DNA from: Eledone cirrhosa
Taxonomy: Eukaryota
Length of the DNA stretch: 64,000 nt
Direction: 5' to 3'
NCBI GenBank assembly: GCA_964016885.1
Contig: OZ024748.1
Span: 62,001 to 126,000 of the forward strand
The position numbers were made by a program, and so were the translations under genes. This document shows, in pieces, positions 39,190 through 51,023 of the stretch. Below the pieces are notes generated by a model. The model searched no databases. It saw nothing but the letters and a program-made list of their open reading frames with translations, and was not told the DNA's origin. Position 1 is the first letter of the stretch; every line of letters begins with the position of its first letter.

Positions 39190-39400
39190 TCGGCTGGTAC
39201 ACCCCTCAATATTTTGCGTGTGTGTACTTGATATGGGATCAACGAAATGCTTTGAACGATTGACAGTGAGATGTGTATAACGACCAGGCATACCCGCCAC
39301 TCATCTGTATGGATCATAGATCCATTTGCACAGTGCCTTTCAATGAGAGGCAGCAGTCTCGGCAGAATCAAGACCACCGAGTATCGCCGGATTTTGCTCA
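39190..39400 (-). mobile_element. Merlin (IS1595-like) transposase remnant
   Basis: LLPLIERHCANGSMIHTDEWR, then in another frame HLTVNRSKHFVDPISSTHTQNIEG. Confidence 0.8.
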
Positions 39401-39429
39401 ACCCATTCACTACATACATCACGCATAAA

Positions 39430-39828
39430 ATTGCACCGGTAAAAAAAATTTACTGTATATCGCAACAATATAGTGTTTAAAGAATTTTTTTTCTGTTAAA
39501 AACTGTAAATCTGTTAAAAAAAAAAAATGTATTTCGCAGCAATATTTTTTCTGTTAAAAACTGTAAATAAATATTCATGTAAAAATGAAGCATAGTTTTT
39601 CTGTGAAAAACTGTAAATAAATATTTATTTTGTTAAAAAATTAAATCAAAAATCTAATTTTCTCTGTTAATATTTTAATAAATATTTATTCTAAAAATTC
39701 AATGTTTTTTCGTGTAAAAATGAAGCATGTCAGAAAATTAACATGTAAAAATCAAGCAGCAGGCACGCGCTAGCTCGTATCTAAAAAAAAATCGTATGTC
39801 GGTTCACTCGTATCTCAAGGTACCACTG
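39430..39828. mobile_element. Tigger/pogo-type terminal inverted repeat with an AT-rich repetitive interior
   Basis: Ends ctcgtatctcaaggtaccactg|ta (CAGTGGTACC on the minus strand, TA target). Interior has repeated aaaaactgtaaat. Confidence 0.55.
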
Positions 39829-40245
39829 TATTTAAAACATATTTATGTTATTCTACTGTAAATTTATTTATATGCTCTGTTTATATTTTCATTCTGAAAG
39901 AATTGCAAACGATTTCTAATGTTATTTATACAACTGAATAAAAGAGAAATTTGATAGTTTGTTAACAACTAAATACATTTGGAACAATTATTTACATCTT
40001 ACAATTTGAAATGTTATTATATATTAAATAAAGTACCAGTAATACACTGAATATTTGCCGGCCTTGTGCCAAAAGTAGAAACACTTATTATATATTAAAT
40101 AACGTTACAAATGGGAGTGAAAATATAAACACATATGATATATACAAAGAATATAAATAAATTTACAGTAGAATAACATAAATGTTTTAAATATATACAT
40201 AACACTACAAATGCTTAAGTAACAGTATAAATTGAAGGGGTGGAA

Positions 40246-40509
40246 AACGGAGCCAACACCAGAGCAAAAGACAGCAGCCAGGGGTACTGGGCAACCTCTC
40301 TAATGATTTTTAAGGCAAGCCAGCACACTGGCAGTGTTACCTCGAGTGATGGCGAGGCTGGGGTGCTGGAAGAAACAAGCGCCCTCGCCAGTTACCTCTA
40401 TTAGGCGAGCCGCCAGTGAAGAGAGGAACCTCGCAGTCAGCGGCCCGACTCCCCACAGGCTGAAAAATTTACCCCTCGCTGCTGTCTTTTGCTCTGATGT
40501 TCAACCGTT
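40246..40509. mobile_element. MITE-like element with ~40-bp imperfect inverted repeats
   Basis: cagagcaaaagacagcagccagggg (40260-40284) versus cccctcgctgctgtcttttgctctg (40472-40496). Confidence 0.7.
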
Positions 40510-41242
40510 CCTTTGCATTTTCATAAATAAATTGACAGTTTTTCGAAGCTAGAAATCAAATAGAGATATTTTTATACACATTGTATTATGTGTTTTTATT
40601 TTCATTCTGAAAGAACTGAACAATTTGTAATGTTAATTAAACACATGTTTAGCATACCTTTGTCTTCCTAGTCTTGCTTCATTGAGAAATTCTAGTTTCC
40701 TCTCTTAATTCATTTCTTCTTTCTTCTGTTAAATTTCCTCTGAACTCTTTTTCCTTATATCATTAATATTATTGTTGTTTAAGTTGTTGCATTGAAATGG
40801 TTATCACTATTATGTGCTGTATCAATATTGATAGCGTAATTTTCTGAAGTGACTCTCTTGTAAAATAAATGTCTTATTTGCTCCCATGGACGAGAAAGGA
40901 GGGTAAGAATAAATAAAAAAAAGTTTCCAGAAGAAATAATAGTGGTCCGTTTGTTCAAACAATGAAACACAACTTGTTACGTTTTCACCGAAAATCAAAT
41001 TCAGCGCCGTTCGTCTACCATTGCTGTATGTGGGTGTGTCTAAGTTTGTTTGGTGTGTACGCACGTGTCAAAGTCAATCATGTAATTATCTCCCCTTGGC
41101 AAACAAGCATGATATGGCGTAAGAGGGTGTTTAACATCTCAAGATAGACGTTGCAAAAGGTTTTGAGATACATAAATAGATATGTAGGTAGATAGATATA
41201 TAATTGATAGATATGTAGGTAGATAGATAGATATATAATTAT

Positions 41243-41366
41243 CACAAGTGTAGTGTTTGTACAAGAGTTTTCAAGTCGCTGGCTGGACTAAAAAGTCACA
41301 CTCGTTCAGCGCATCGGTAGGGGTTCTCCTACATGAATATAATGTAGTGGCCGTACTCGAAATACT
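41243..41366 (+). mobile_element. Truncated 3' piece of the C2H2-zinc-finger-tailed element at 45330-45938
   Basis: Near-identical to 45801-45920; encodes HKCSVCTRVFKSLAGLKSHTRSAHR*. Confidence 0.7.
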
Positions 41367-41514
41367 GATATATATATATATATATGTATGGGTACTGGTA
41401 TGTATATGTATGTGTGAATACTAATGTATGTGTATGTGTGTATGTGTGTATATGTATATATGTGTATATGTATATATGTGTATATGTGTATGTATGTATA
41501 TATGTATATATGTA

Positions 41515-44500
41515 TCATCATCATGATCTTCGTTTAACGTCCATATTCCACGCTCGCATGGGTTTGGACGGGAATTTTCCCACTTGAGGCAAGAGTGGTT
41601 GTCTTGCTCGCATAGGACTGTCTGGCGGGTTTTCTACGGTTGGATGCCCTTCCTAACACCAACCACATTTACAGTGTGGAACTGGGAGGTTTTTACCGTG
41701 TTACCTACACGCCCACATTACAGCGTGGACTGTGTGTGCTTTTGTCGTGACACCTACACGACCTCATTTGTTTCGGGCTGGATGTTGTGGTACCAACATA
41801 ACTTTACATTGAAAGGGGTGGTGTGGATGGAGTGGGGGTAATGGGACGGGGGTGTATTTTGTTAGAGGTGCCTACTGACTGTAGTAGGTTTCACTTTGTA
41901 CTTAGGTAAGGCGGGTCTTCTCTATTACTGTGTAGCGCCAAAGAACTCGGTCCAGTGACATTGTCTTGGAGAGGTGTAAGTGTGTGAGGTCGGAATTTAT
42001 CAAGTCGTCCCAGGTTTTTCTGGGTCTGCCTACTCCGTGGCTACCGTTTATTTTTATTGCCCTGCACATTTTTATACAGCTGTCGTCTTTCATGCGCATC
42101 ACGTGACCATACCAACATAGTCTTCTCTCGAGTAAACATCTGATCCCTCTTATTTCTAATTTCTCCCTTATTTCGTTTATGCTTTGCCGTTCACGTATAT
42201 TACTATTACACATCCAGCGGAGCATGCAAGCTTCGTTTCTCTCCAGCCTGCGTATATCCTCTGCACACAATGCCTAGGTCTCACTGCCATGTAACATTGC
42301 TGTTCGTATGCAGGCATCATACAGCCTGCCTTTCATTTTTAGAGAGAACCCTTTAACGGCCAATAGTAGTATAAGCTCTCTTAACTTTTTCCATCCCGTT
42401 CTGACTCTAGCTACTGTACTTTCAGAGCACCCTCCCCCACTGCTGATTTTATCACCCAGGTAACGGAAGCTGTCCACTATTTCTATAGAACCATCTGTGC
42501 AATGGAATGAGTTAGTATTCTGTGGGCACTTGTGTGCTACTTATTGCACCAGAGCACCGGCCACATATAAAATCTATATTCTTAGTTAGCTTACCTGTGA
42601 TCCCACTACATCTTTTATGTAGCCATACTTTGCATTTGGGACATAACATGGAGTTTCTACCTACTCCTTTCCTACACACTGAGCATGGCCATTTCCCAGA
42701 TGGGACCGGTGCCCTATTTTCCTTCCTACAAACTTTAGTCTTAGACAAGTTAACTTTAAGGCCTTTTGATTCTAGGCCATGCTTCCATGTTTGGAATTTA
42801 TTTTCTAGTTCAGCCATTGATTCAGCTATGAGCGTTAGATCATCTGCATATAGGAGTTCCCATGGGCAGCCGGTCTTGAACTCCTCTGTTATAGCCTGAA
42901 GAGCAATAATAAATAGTAGGGGGCTAAGGACGGAGCCCCGATGAACACCAACTCTTCACTATATTCGTTGTTAATTCTAACCTTGCTGACTGTTTCTTTA
43001 TACATGGCTTGTATAGCTCTCACAAGCCATTCATCAACACCTAGTTTTCTAAGGGCTCACCAGATAATCAAGCGGGGTACTCTGTCAAAGGCTTTCTCCA
43101 AGTCAACAAAAGCTAAGTATAGGGGTTTACTTTTAGCTAGGTACTTCTCCTGTAGATGTTGTACAATGAAAAGAGCGTCTGTTGTACTTTTACCTGACAC
43201 AAACCCGAACTGCATTTCGTCTAGATCAATTCGCTCTCTGATTAGTTGCGCTATTACTTTTTCTGTGACCTTCATGACCTGGTCAATTAATTTAATGCCT
43301 CTATAGTTTCCCCCTATCTAGGGCATCACCTTTACCCTTGTAGCAGTTAATGATGATGCTGCTGCGCCAGTCCTTCGGAACGACCCCATTCTGTATGACT
43401 TGGTTTACTATCCGGGTGACCATACTGTGTCCCACCGTTCCAGATGCTTTCAGCATTTCGGCAACTATTTCCGAAGGCCCGGACGCCTTGCCCGTCTTCA
43501 TGTCTTTGATCGCCTTACTTATTATACTACCTTCAACTTTCACTGCTGGTCCCTCTATTGGGTCGATGTGGGGGAGACTGTCTTTCTCCCAATTATTCTC
43601 CTCATTTAGTAGCCTTTCGTAGTGACACTTCCAAGCTACCTTCTTATCAGCGTCAGTGATGGCAAGTACACCATCATCATTTAGGACACACTTCTCCCCG
43701 ACAATATCACTGTTTTCCTTGACACATTGCCTAGCAATCCTGAACACCTCACGTTTTTGGTCCTCGCGTTGTAGAACATGCTTGAACTTTCTTTCCTCTG
43801 CTTCCCTTCTTGCGAAGTACACTTGTCTCCTAGCTTCCCTCCTGGCCACTTGATAGTCTTCTCTACTTCCCCCATCCCGCCATGCTTTCCAAGCCTGCTT
43901 TTTGGCCTTGATTGACCTCTCCACCTTACTGTTCCACCACCAAGTTACTCTCCTCCTGTCTAGAGGCCTGCTCCAGCCACAGGTTTCATCTGTCGCCTTC
44001 AACAGGTTAGCTTTCAGGAATTCCCACTCTTCCTCTATATTGTACAACTCTAATTGCTCTTCCTTACTATCAAAAGCATCAAGTAATATGCTTTTAAATT
44101 TATTACTGGCTGTGGGGTCCTTTAATTTCCATATTTTTCTCCTGAGGATAGTCCTCTTCTGTTGTCGAATACGTCTCGTCCTGACTATGAGGTCGCTAAT
44201 TATGAGTCTATGTTGAGACGTGCATTCTTCATGGGGGAGGGATTTAGTGTTTACAACAGACACTCTGTCACGTCTCCTGGTAAGGATATAATCTACCTGG
44301 CTTGTGTGTCCCCCTATCTATAGGTGATCAAGTGATTGTCTCGTTTTTTGAAGTTAGTGTTACAGATAGTTAGGTTATTTGCGTCACAGAATTCCAGGAT
44401 TCTGGAGCCTTCCTCATTTCTAGTACCAAACCCATAGCCTCCATGGATTCCGTCATAGCCGTCACAATGTTGTCCAACGTGACCATTTAGGTTGCCAGCA

Positions 44501-45040
44501 ATAATTATATAGTCACTGTTGGTTATTTGGGAGGTAGTGAGCATCAGTGTCTCATAGAATCTGTCTTTTATAGTGCCGGGCAGTCCGGATTGGGGTGCGT
44601 ACGCAGATATTACTGTCACCGTAGTTCTATTGAGGACAAATCTTATTTTAATTATTCTGTCGTTCACTCTATTTACGTCTATTATCTTATCTGCCCACTT
44701 TTCTGCTACCATGATTCCTACTCCACCCAGCCCATCGTCATTTCCCACCAAGAAAAGCTTATAGCATCGTTCTTTACCCACGATGAATCTAGCAGACCCA
44801 CCCCTCCACCTGGTCTCTTGAATACAACAAACATCGACCTCCTTACGTTCAAGCATTTCTACAACCTCATTAGAGCGACCCTTTAAGGTGCCTACATTCA
44901 TGGTACCAACTCTGAAGTTTTGGATTGCGTTTGGAGGGTGGGAGCGGGGGGAAATGGGGGAGATGGGTTATGTTAGCCATCCACGACCGAAACAAAGAGG
45001 AGGAGCCCTTGCATTCTCGTCCATGAGGTGAATTTGTTTT
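41515..45040 (-). mobile_element. Near-full-length RTE-clade LINE (APE endonuclease, RT, PHD finger, C-terminus, 3'UTR, (GAT)n), disabled by frameshifts and stops
   Basis: MNVGTL...CCIQETRW, SAYAPQ, GNLNGHVG, HRL, AFVDLEKAFDRV, GCPWELLYADD (~42839-42868), C4HC3 finger, LHGSET, GRPRKTW; stop at 41902. Confidence 0.95.
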
Positions 45041-46526
45041 TATGTATGTATATATATATATGTATGCATATGTGTGTGTATGTATGTATATATATGTGTA
45101 TATGTATGTATGCATATATGTGTGTATGTATATATGTGTGTATGTATATATGTGTGTATGTATATATGTGTATATGTATATATGTGTATGTATATGTATA
45201 TGTATGTATGTATATGTATGTATGTGTATATGTGTATATGTATGTATATGTGTATATGTATGTATATGTGTGTATGTATATGTATATATGTATGTATATG
45301 TATATATGTATGTATATGTATATATGTATGTCAGGTCACCAGTTGGTGCTACTGGTAACATGTATCCCAGTACAACCTGTCCCATGGTCGGGTCGTTGGC
45401 GACTAAACTGGCAACCCCACCAAGGTTTCTTGGTGAGGAGGGTGACTTTGGACATCCTGCAGGACTAAAAACAAGACCTGTCAAAGGGCAAAGGAGCTCT
45501 TAAGAGTCAATGGCCATCCAAAATCACCGGGAGAGATGACCCCTTAGCCTTTGTCAAGGCAGAATTCTAGGAGAAGGAAAACTCTGATATAACACCTGCA
45601 ACTCTGATGGTATCCAATGATGTTGACTTGTTCTTCTTTTTGGTAAATATCATCTTGGTTAAGAGAGTGGGACTGGCTTTGTGCAGTGCCTTTGCTCACT
45701 ATAAAAGCTTCACGGCACAGGCATTGCTTTATATCTGGAGATCTCTCTGCACTTGTCGTCACAGGGTACCATGGCCCCAGCACTATGTGTCAATATTTGT
45801 CACAAGTGTAGTGTTTGTACCAGAGTTTTCAAGTCGCTGGCTGGACTAAAAGGTCACACTCGTTCAGTGCATCGGTAGGGGTTCTCCTATATGGATATAA
45901 AGTAGTGGCCGTACTCGAAAACGAGTTGGCAGCCACCATATGTATGTATATGTATGTATGTATATGTATGTATATGTATATATGTATGTATGTATATGTA
46001 TATGTGTATGTATGTATATGTATATATGTATGTATATGTATATATGTATGTATGTATATGTATATATGTATGTATGTATATGTATATATGTATGTATGTA
46101 TATGTATATATACTTGTGTATATGTATATATACTCGTGTATATGTATATATACTCGTGTATATGTATATATACTCGTGTATATGTATATATACTCGTGTA
46201 TATGTATATATACTCGTGTATATGTATATATACTCGTGTATATGTATATATACTCGTGTATATGTATATATACTCGTGTATATGTATATATACTCGTGTA
46301 TATGTATATATACTTGTGTATATGTATATATACTTGTGTATATGTATATATACTTGTGTATATGTATATATGCTTGTGTATGTGTATATGAATGTGTATA
46401 TGTGTATATGCTTATGTGTATGTATGTATGTATATGTATATTATGTATATATATATGTATGTGTGTATGTATGTATGTATGTGTATGTATGTATGTATAT
46501 GTATGTATATGTATTTATATGTATAT
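45041..46526. repeat. (TATG/TA/TG)n compound microsatellite, split by an insertion and containing a 20-bp minisatellite
   Basis: Read directly; unit tactcgtgtatatgtatata repeats at ~46101-46380. Confidence 0.95.
45330..45938 (+). mobile_element. Short bipartite non-autonomous LINE derivative (RTE-like 5'UTR plus C2H2-finger 3' end)
   Basis: Contains ggagaaggaaaactctga (recalled as an RTE 5'UTR motif) and ends with HKCSVCTRVFKSLAGLKGHTRSVHR* and a short UTR. Inserted in a microsatellite. Confidence 0.6.
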
Positions 46527-46855
46527 GGAGGCACATGGCTTAGTGGTTAGAACATTGGCCTGGCAATCAAAAGATTGTGATTTCAATTCTCACACCGGGT
46601 GATGTGTTGTTTCCTTGAGCAAGACACTTTATTTCACATTGCTCCTGTTTACTCAGCTGTAGAAATGAGATGATAGGACAGGGGTCCCTATCATTCCACT
46701 GTAAAGTGGACGTGTAGGCGCCACGGAAATAAAGCACCCAGCACTCACTGTAAATGAGGTTGGTGTTAGGAAGGGCATCCGGCTGTAGAAATCAAGCCAG
46801 AATCAGTTCACGTCCCACCCTTGCAAACAGGGAAAAGCGGATGTAAAATGATGAT
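46527..46855 (+). mobile_element. tRNA-derived SINE with RTE-type 3' tail
   Basis: A box TGGCTTAGTGG, degenerate B box, central ccttgagcaagacacttt block, tail cccacccttgca...gcggatgtaaaatgatga. Confidence 0.9.
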
Positions 46856-48470
46856 TCGTTGTTAATTCTAACCTTGCTGACTTTTTCTTCATACATGGTT
46901 TGTATAGCTCTGACAAGCAATTCATCAACACCTAGTTTTCTAAGAGTCCACCAGATAATGGAGCGGGGGACTCTGTCAAAGGCTTTCTCCAAGTCAACAA
47001 AAGCTAAGTATCGGGGTTTACTTTTAGCTAGGTACTTCTCCTGTAGTTGTCGTACAAGGAAAAGAGCGTCTGTGGTACTTTTACTTGACACAAACCCAAA
47101 CGGCATTTCGTCTAGATCAATTCGCTCTCTTTAATTGCGCTATAACTCTTTCTGTGACCTTCATGACCTGGTCAATTAATTTAATGCCTCTATAGTTTCC
47201 CCTATATAGGGCATCTCCTTTACCCTTGTAGCAGTTAATGATGATGATGCTATTATGCCAGTCATTTGGTATAACCCCATTCTGTATGACATGGTTTACT
47301 ATCCGGGTGACCATAGAATGTCCCACCGATCCAGATGCTTTCAACATTTCAGCAACTATCTCTGAAGGCCCAGCTGCTTTGCCTGTCTCCATATCTTTGA
47401 TTGCCTTACTTATTATACAACCTTCAACTTGCACTGCTGGTTCCTCTATTGGATTGTTTTGGGGCAGACTATCTTTTTCCCACTTATTCTCCTCATTTAG
47501 TAGCCTCTCGTAGTGACACTTCCAAGCTACCTTTTTATCTGTATCAGTGATGACAAGTATACCATCATCATTACGGGCACACTTCTCCCCGACAATATCA
47601 CGGTTTTCCTTGACACATTGCCTAGCAATCCTGAACACCTCACGTTTTTGGTCCTCACGTTGTAGAACATGCTTGAACTTTATTTCTTCTGCTTCCCTTC
47701 TTGCAAAGTACACTTGTCTCCTAGCTTCCCTCCTGGCCACTTGATAGGCTTCTCTGCTTCCCCCATCCCGCCATGCTTTCCAAGCTCTCTTTTTGGCCTT
47801 GATTGACTCCTCCTGCCTATAGGTCTGCTCCAGCTACAGATTTCATCTGTCGCCTTCAGCAAGTTAACTTTCAGGAATTCCCACTGTTCCTCTATACTGT
47901 ATGTCTCTAATTGCTCTTCTTTACTGTCAAAAGCATCAAGTAATTTGCTTTTAAATTTGTTACTGGCTGTGGGGTCCTTTAACTTTCATATTCTTCTTCT
48001 CAGGGTAGTCCTCCTCTGTTGTCGAATACGTCTCGTCCTGACTATGAGGTCACTAACTATGAGCTATGTTGGGAGGTGCATTCTTCACGGGGGAGGGAAA
48101 TAGTGTTTACAACAGACACTTTTTCACATCTTCTGGTAAGGATATAATCTATCTGACTGGCATGTTCCCCTGATCTATAGGTGATCAAGTGATTGTCTGG
48201 TTTTTAAAGTTTGTGTTACAGATAGTTAGGTTATTAGAGTTACAGAATTCCAGGATTCTAAAGCCTTCCTCATTTCTGGTACCAAACCTGTAGCCACCAT
48301 GGATTCCATCATAGCTATCACAATGTTGTCCAACATGACCATTTAGGTCGCCAACAATTATGTTGTCACTGTCGGTTAGTTGGGAGGTAGTGAGCATTAG
48401 CGACTCATAGAATCTGTCTTTAATAACGCCAGGCAGTCAACATTGGGGTGTGTAAGCAGATATTATTGTC
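46856..48470 (-). mobile_element. RTE LINE internal fragment (endonuclease to mid-RT), paralog of 41515-45040
   Basis: GDLNGHVG, REARRQVYFARRE, NYRGIKLIDQ and AFVDLEKAFDRVPR. Confidence 0.92.
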
Positions 48471-49404
48471 CCCCTTTGCCCACCCGTCTCTTAAAGTAGC
48501 AGTAAAACATTGAACAATATTGAGTCAGCTTTTATAAAGTCGTTTGTCAAACGAGAGAACAGAGAGACAATACCAGTAACCACGAGAGAGACAACCAACC
48601 AACCATAATTATATAATAAATCAAAGTGAAAACAAAACAATATAATTCAACAGATTTTTCCAGATAAATCTTGCAAAACAATTTTTACCACCACCAACAC
48701 CAACATAATTTCATCAACACACATATTATACATATATATACATATATATCTTTCATTTTCTAACCTTAATCCCTAACAAATCCCACCCCCTCCAGTTCTA
48801 AAAATAGCAAATTCTTCCAGAAAGATAGACAGGGAAGAGAGGAAACACAGAGAAGAGAGGAACCCAGTATTTGACTGGTACTTTTATTCATAAAAAGATA
48901 AAGTGAGAAAAATAAAGAGAGGAAGAATTCACATCAGTATTTCACTGGTACTTTTTTTATCAACTTCCAAGGGATGAAAGGCAAAATTGACCTCGGCGGG
49001 ATTTCAACTCAGAGAGCATAGAACAAAAAGGAATACTGCAAAGTATTCTAATAACTCCCACCTTATATGACATTTCATATATATATATATAACAATTGTA
49101 TATATGCATGTGTGTATATACAACAAAATGATGAAATTAATTAAATGGAAAATTTTTCCCCAATACAAAACGTAAAAATAAATTTAACAAAGCTTTTTTT
49201 TGAAGAAATTAATTATATTTAATTTTTTTTTTAAGAAATAAATGAAATTAAACTTTTTATTTTTTAAGAAAAAAATTAAATTGAACTTTTTTTTAAGAAA
49301 TAAATTAAACAAATTTTATTTTTTAAGAAATAAATTAAATATAAATCTGACTGACCTGCAGCCATTTGACTTCCCGTGAGTGATTATGAACACACACCCA
49401 CTAA

Positions 49405-49826
49405 TATCGTCATCATTTTACGTCCGCTTTTCCCTGCTTGCAAGGGTTGGACGGGTGCTATTCAGCACAGCATCTCTCCACTTGTCACGGTCCTTCGTCA
49501 TCTCCTCGGTGAGATTTGAGGTCTGCTCTCACCACCTCCGCCCATGTTTTTCGTGGTCTACCTCTACTGCGTCTTCCTTCTACTGGGATTTCTTGGCACT
49601 TCTTTAGCCGGCGGTCATCCTACATTCGCATCACATGTCCATACCATCTCAGCCTTCTCTCCTGCACACCACAACTTATCCCTCTTATACCCAGTTTCTT
49701 TCTCAACTCGTCTATGCTTGGTCGTTCACGCACTTTGGCATTGCACATCCAATGGAGCATGCTTGCTTCATTTCTCTCTAGCCGTCGCATATCTTCTGCA
49801 GTTGCTGCCCATGTCTCACTACCATC
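49405..49826 (-). mobile_element. RTE LINE 3' end (short-UTR subfamily)
   Basis: Reverse complement of the 1325-1795 type sequence, including the tail. Confidence 0.88.
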
Positions 49827-51023
49827 TCACACATGTGTGTATGTATGAATCTGTGTGTGTGTGTATAATTGTGAACCTGGTGGTGGGGATGGAGGTGGTA
49901 GTAGTTGTTTGGGCGGAAATTTCATTGAGATGAAAGAAGTTTTGCCAGTCAGTGTGGGTATGTGTGTGTATGTGTAACAACAACAACACAAACACCGCCA
50001 CCACTCACAACAACACCGCCAATCCAAACAACACCAGCAAAAACTAAAACATGATTTATTATTCTGTGAAGAAATTAAATATTTTGATCAGAACAATGTG
50101 AAATATATGTGTGTGTGTGAGTGTATGCATGTATGTGTGTACTTGTATATCGTAATTTCTATGTCTATATTTATGAGAAAGAAGGATAGAGAATCAACAG
50201 ATCATGTATATAAATAGCTATTCAGTTTCATATATACACACCCACCCAAAAATTAAAACTTAACCCTATCAATTCTTCTACAAATTGATGAATCCTGTCT
50301 TATCTAAGTGACAATCATATTTAAACAATAAAATACAACCCCAAACCTTGAAAATACCTAACCTGTTGCAGTAATTATGTCACATGAAATATCTTTCTTT
50401 TAACAGCATACAATTAGCACTGACTGAGACCGAACCAGCCTTAACAAGGCATAAATTCAATCACAGTTTTATCAAACGACAACATTTCCGGATAAAAGGG
50501 AAACAACTCCAATAATTTTATTAAAATATTGTAGAGTAATCTCCCTTTGCTAATTGGAATGCTGCATAAACAGATTTGTAGTCTTATGTAAACACACAAA
50601 CACTATACACAATAACACATATATATATATATGTAGATATACATATAGATATACATACACGTGTATACATACATACATATATAGATATATGTACACATAA
50701 GTATATACATACATGACAATATACTATACCCCCACATCAAAACTAAAGCGCAACTATTTCAACGCTGGCAATCTAGCTCAACTTATCAGAGCTACAAGTC
50801 AAAATGTCAGAGTAAAAAGAAAAAAAAAATAAGCTTTTTAAACAAACGAGTTTTAGGAAATATATAAAATATAACCGGTGGCAATGTAATCCATCTTAGC
50901 AATTAATTATTATTGAAATTATATATTAAAAACAAATAGATATTTAGTGCTCAATGTCTGTTCATGTGAGTGAGAGAGTGTATGTGTGTGTTTTCTTCTT
51001 TCATTTTTTCACAAATTATTATC

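Noticed and set aside
39168-39422. Bacterial IS1595 contamination
   Set aside because: A decayed fragment embedded among eukaryotic repeats; consistent with the eukaryotic Merlin superfamily.
45028-46602. Long Tyr/Val/Cys/Met/His-rich ORFs (also 56049-57000 and 62200-62861)
   Set aside because: These are translations of TATG/TA microsatellites, not genes.
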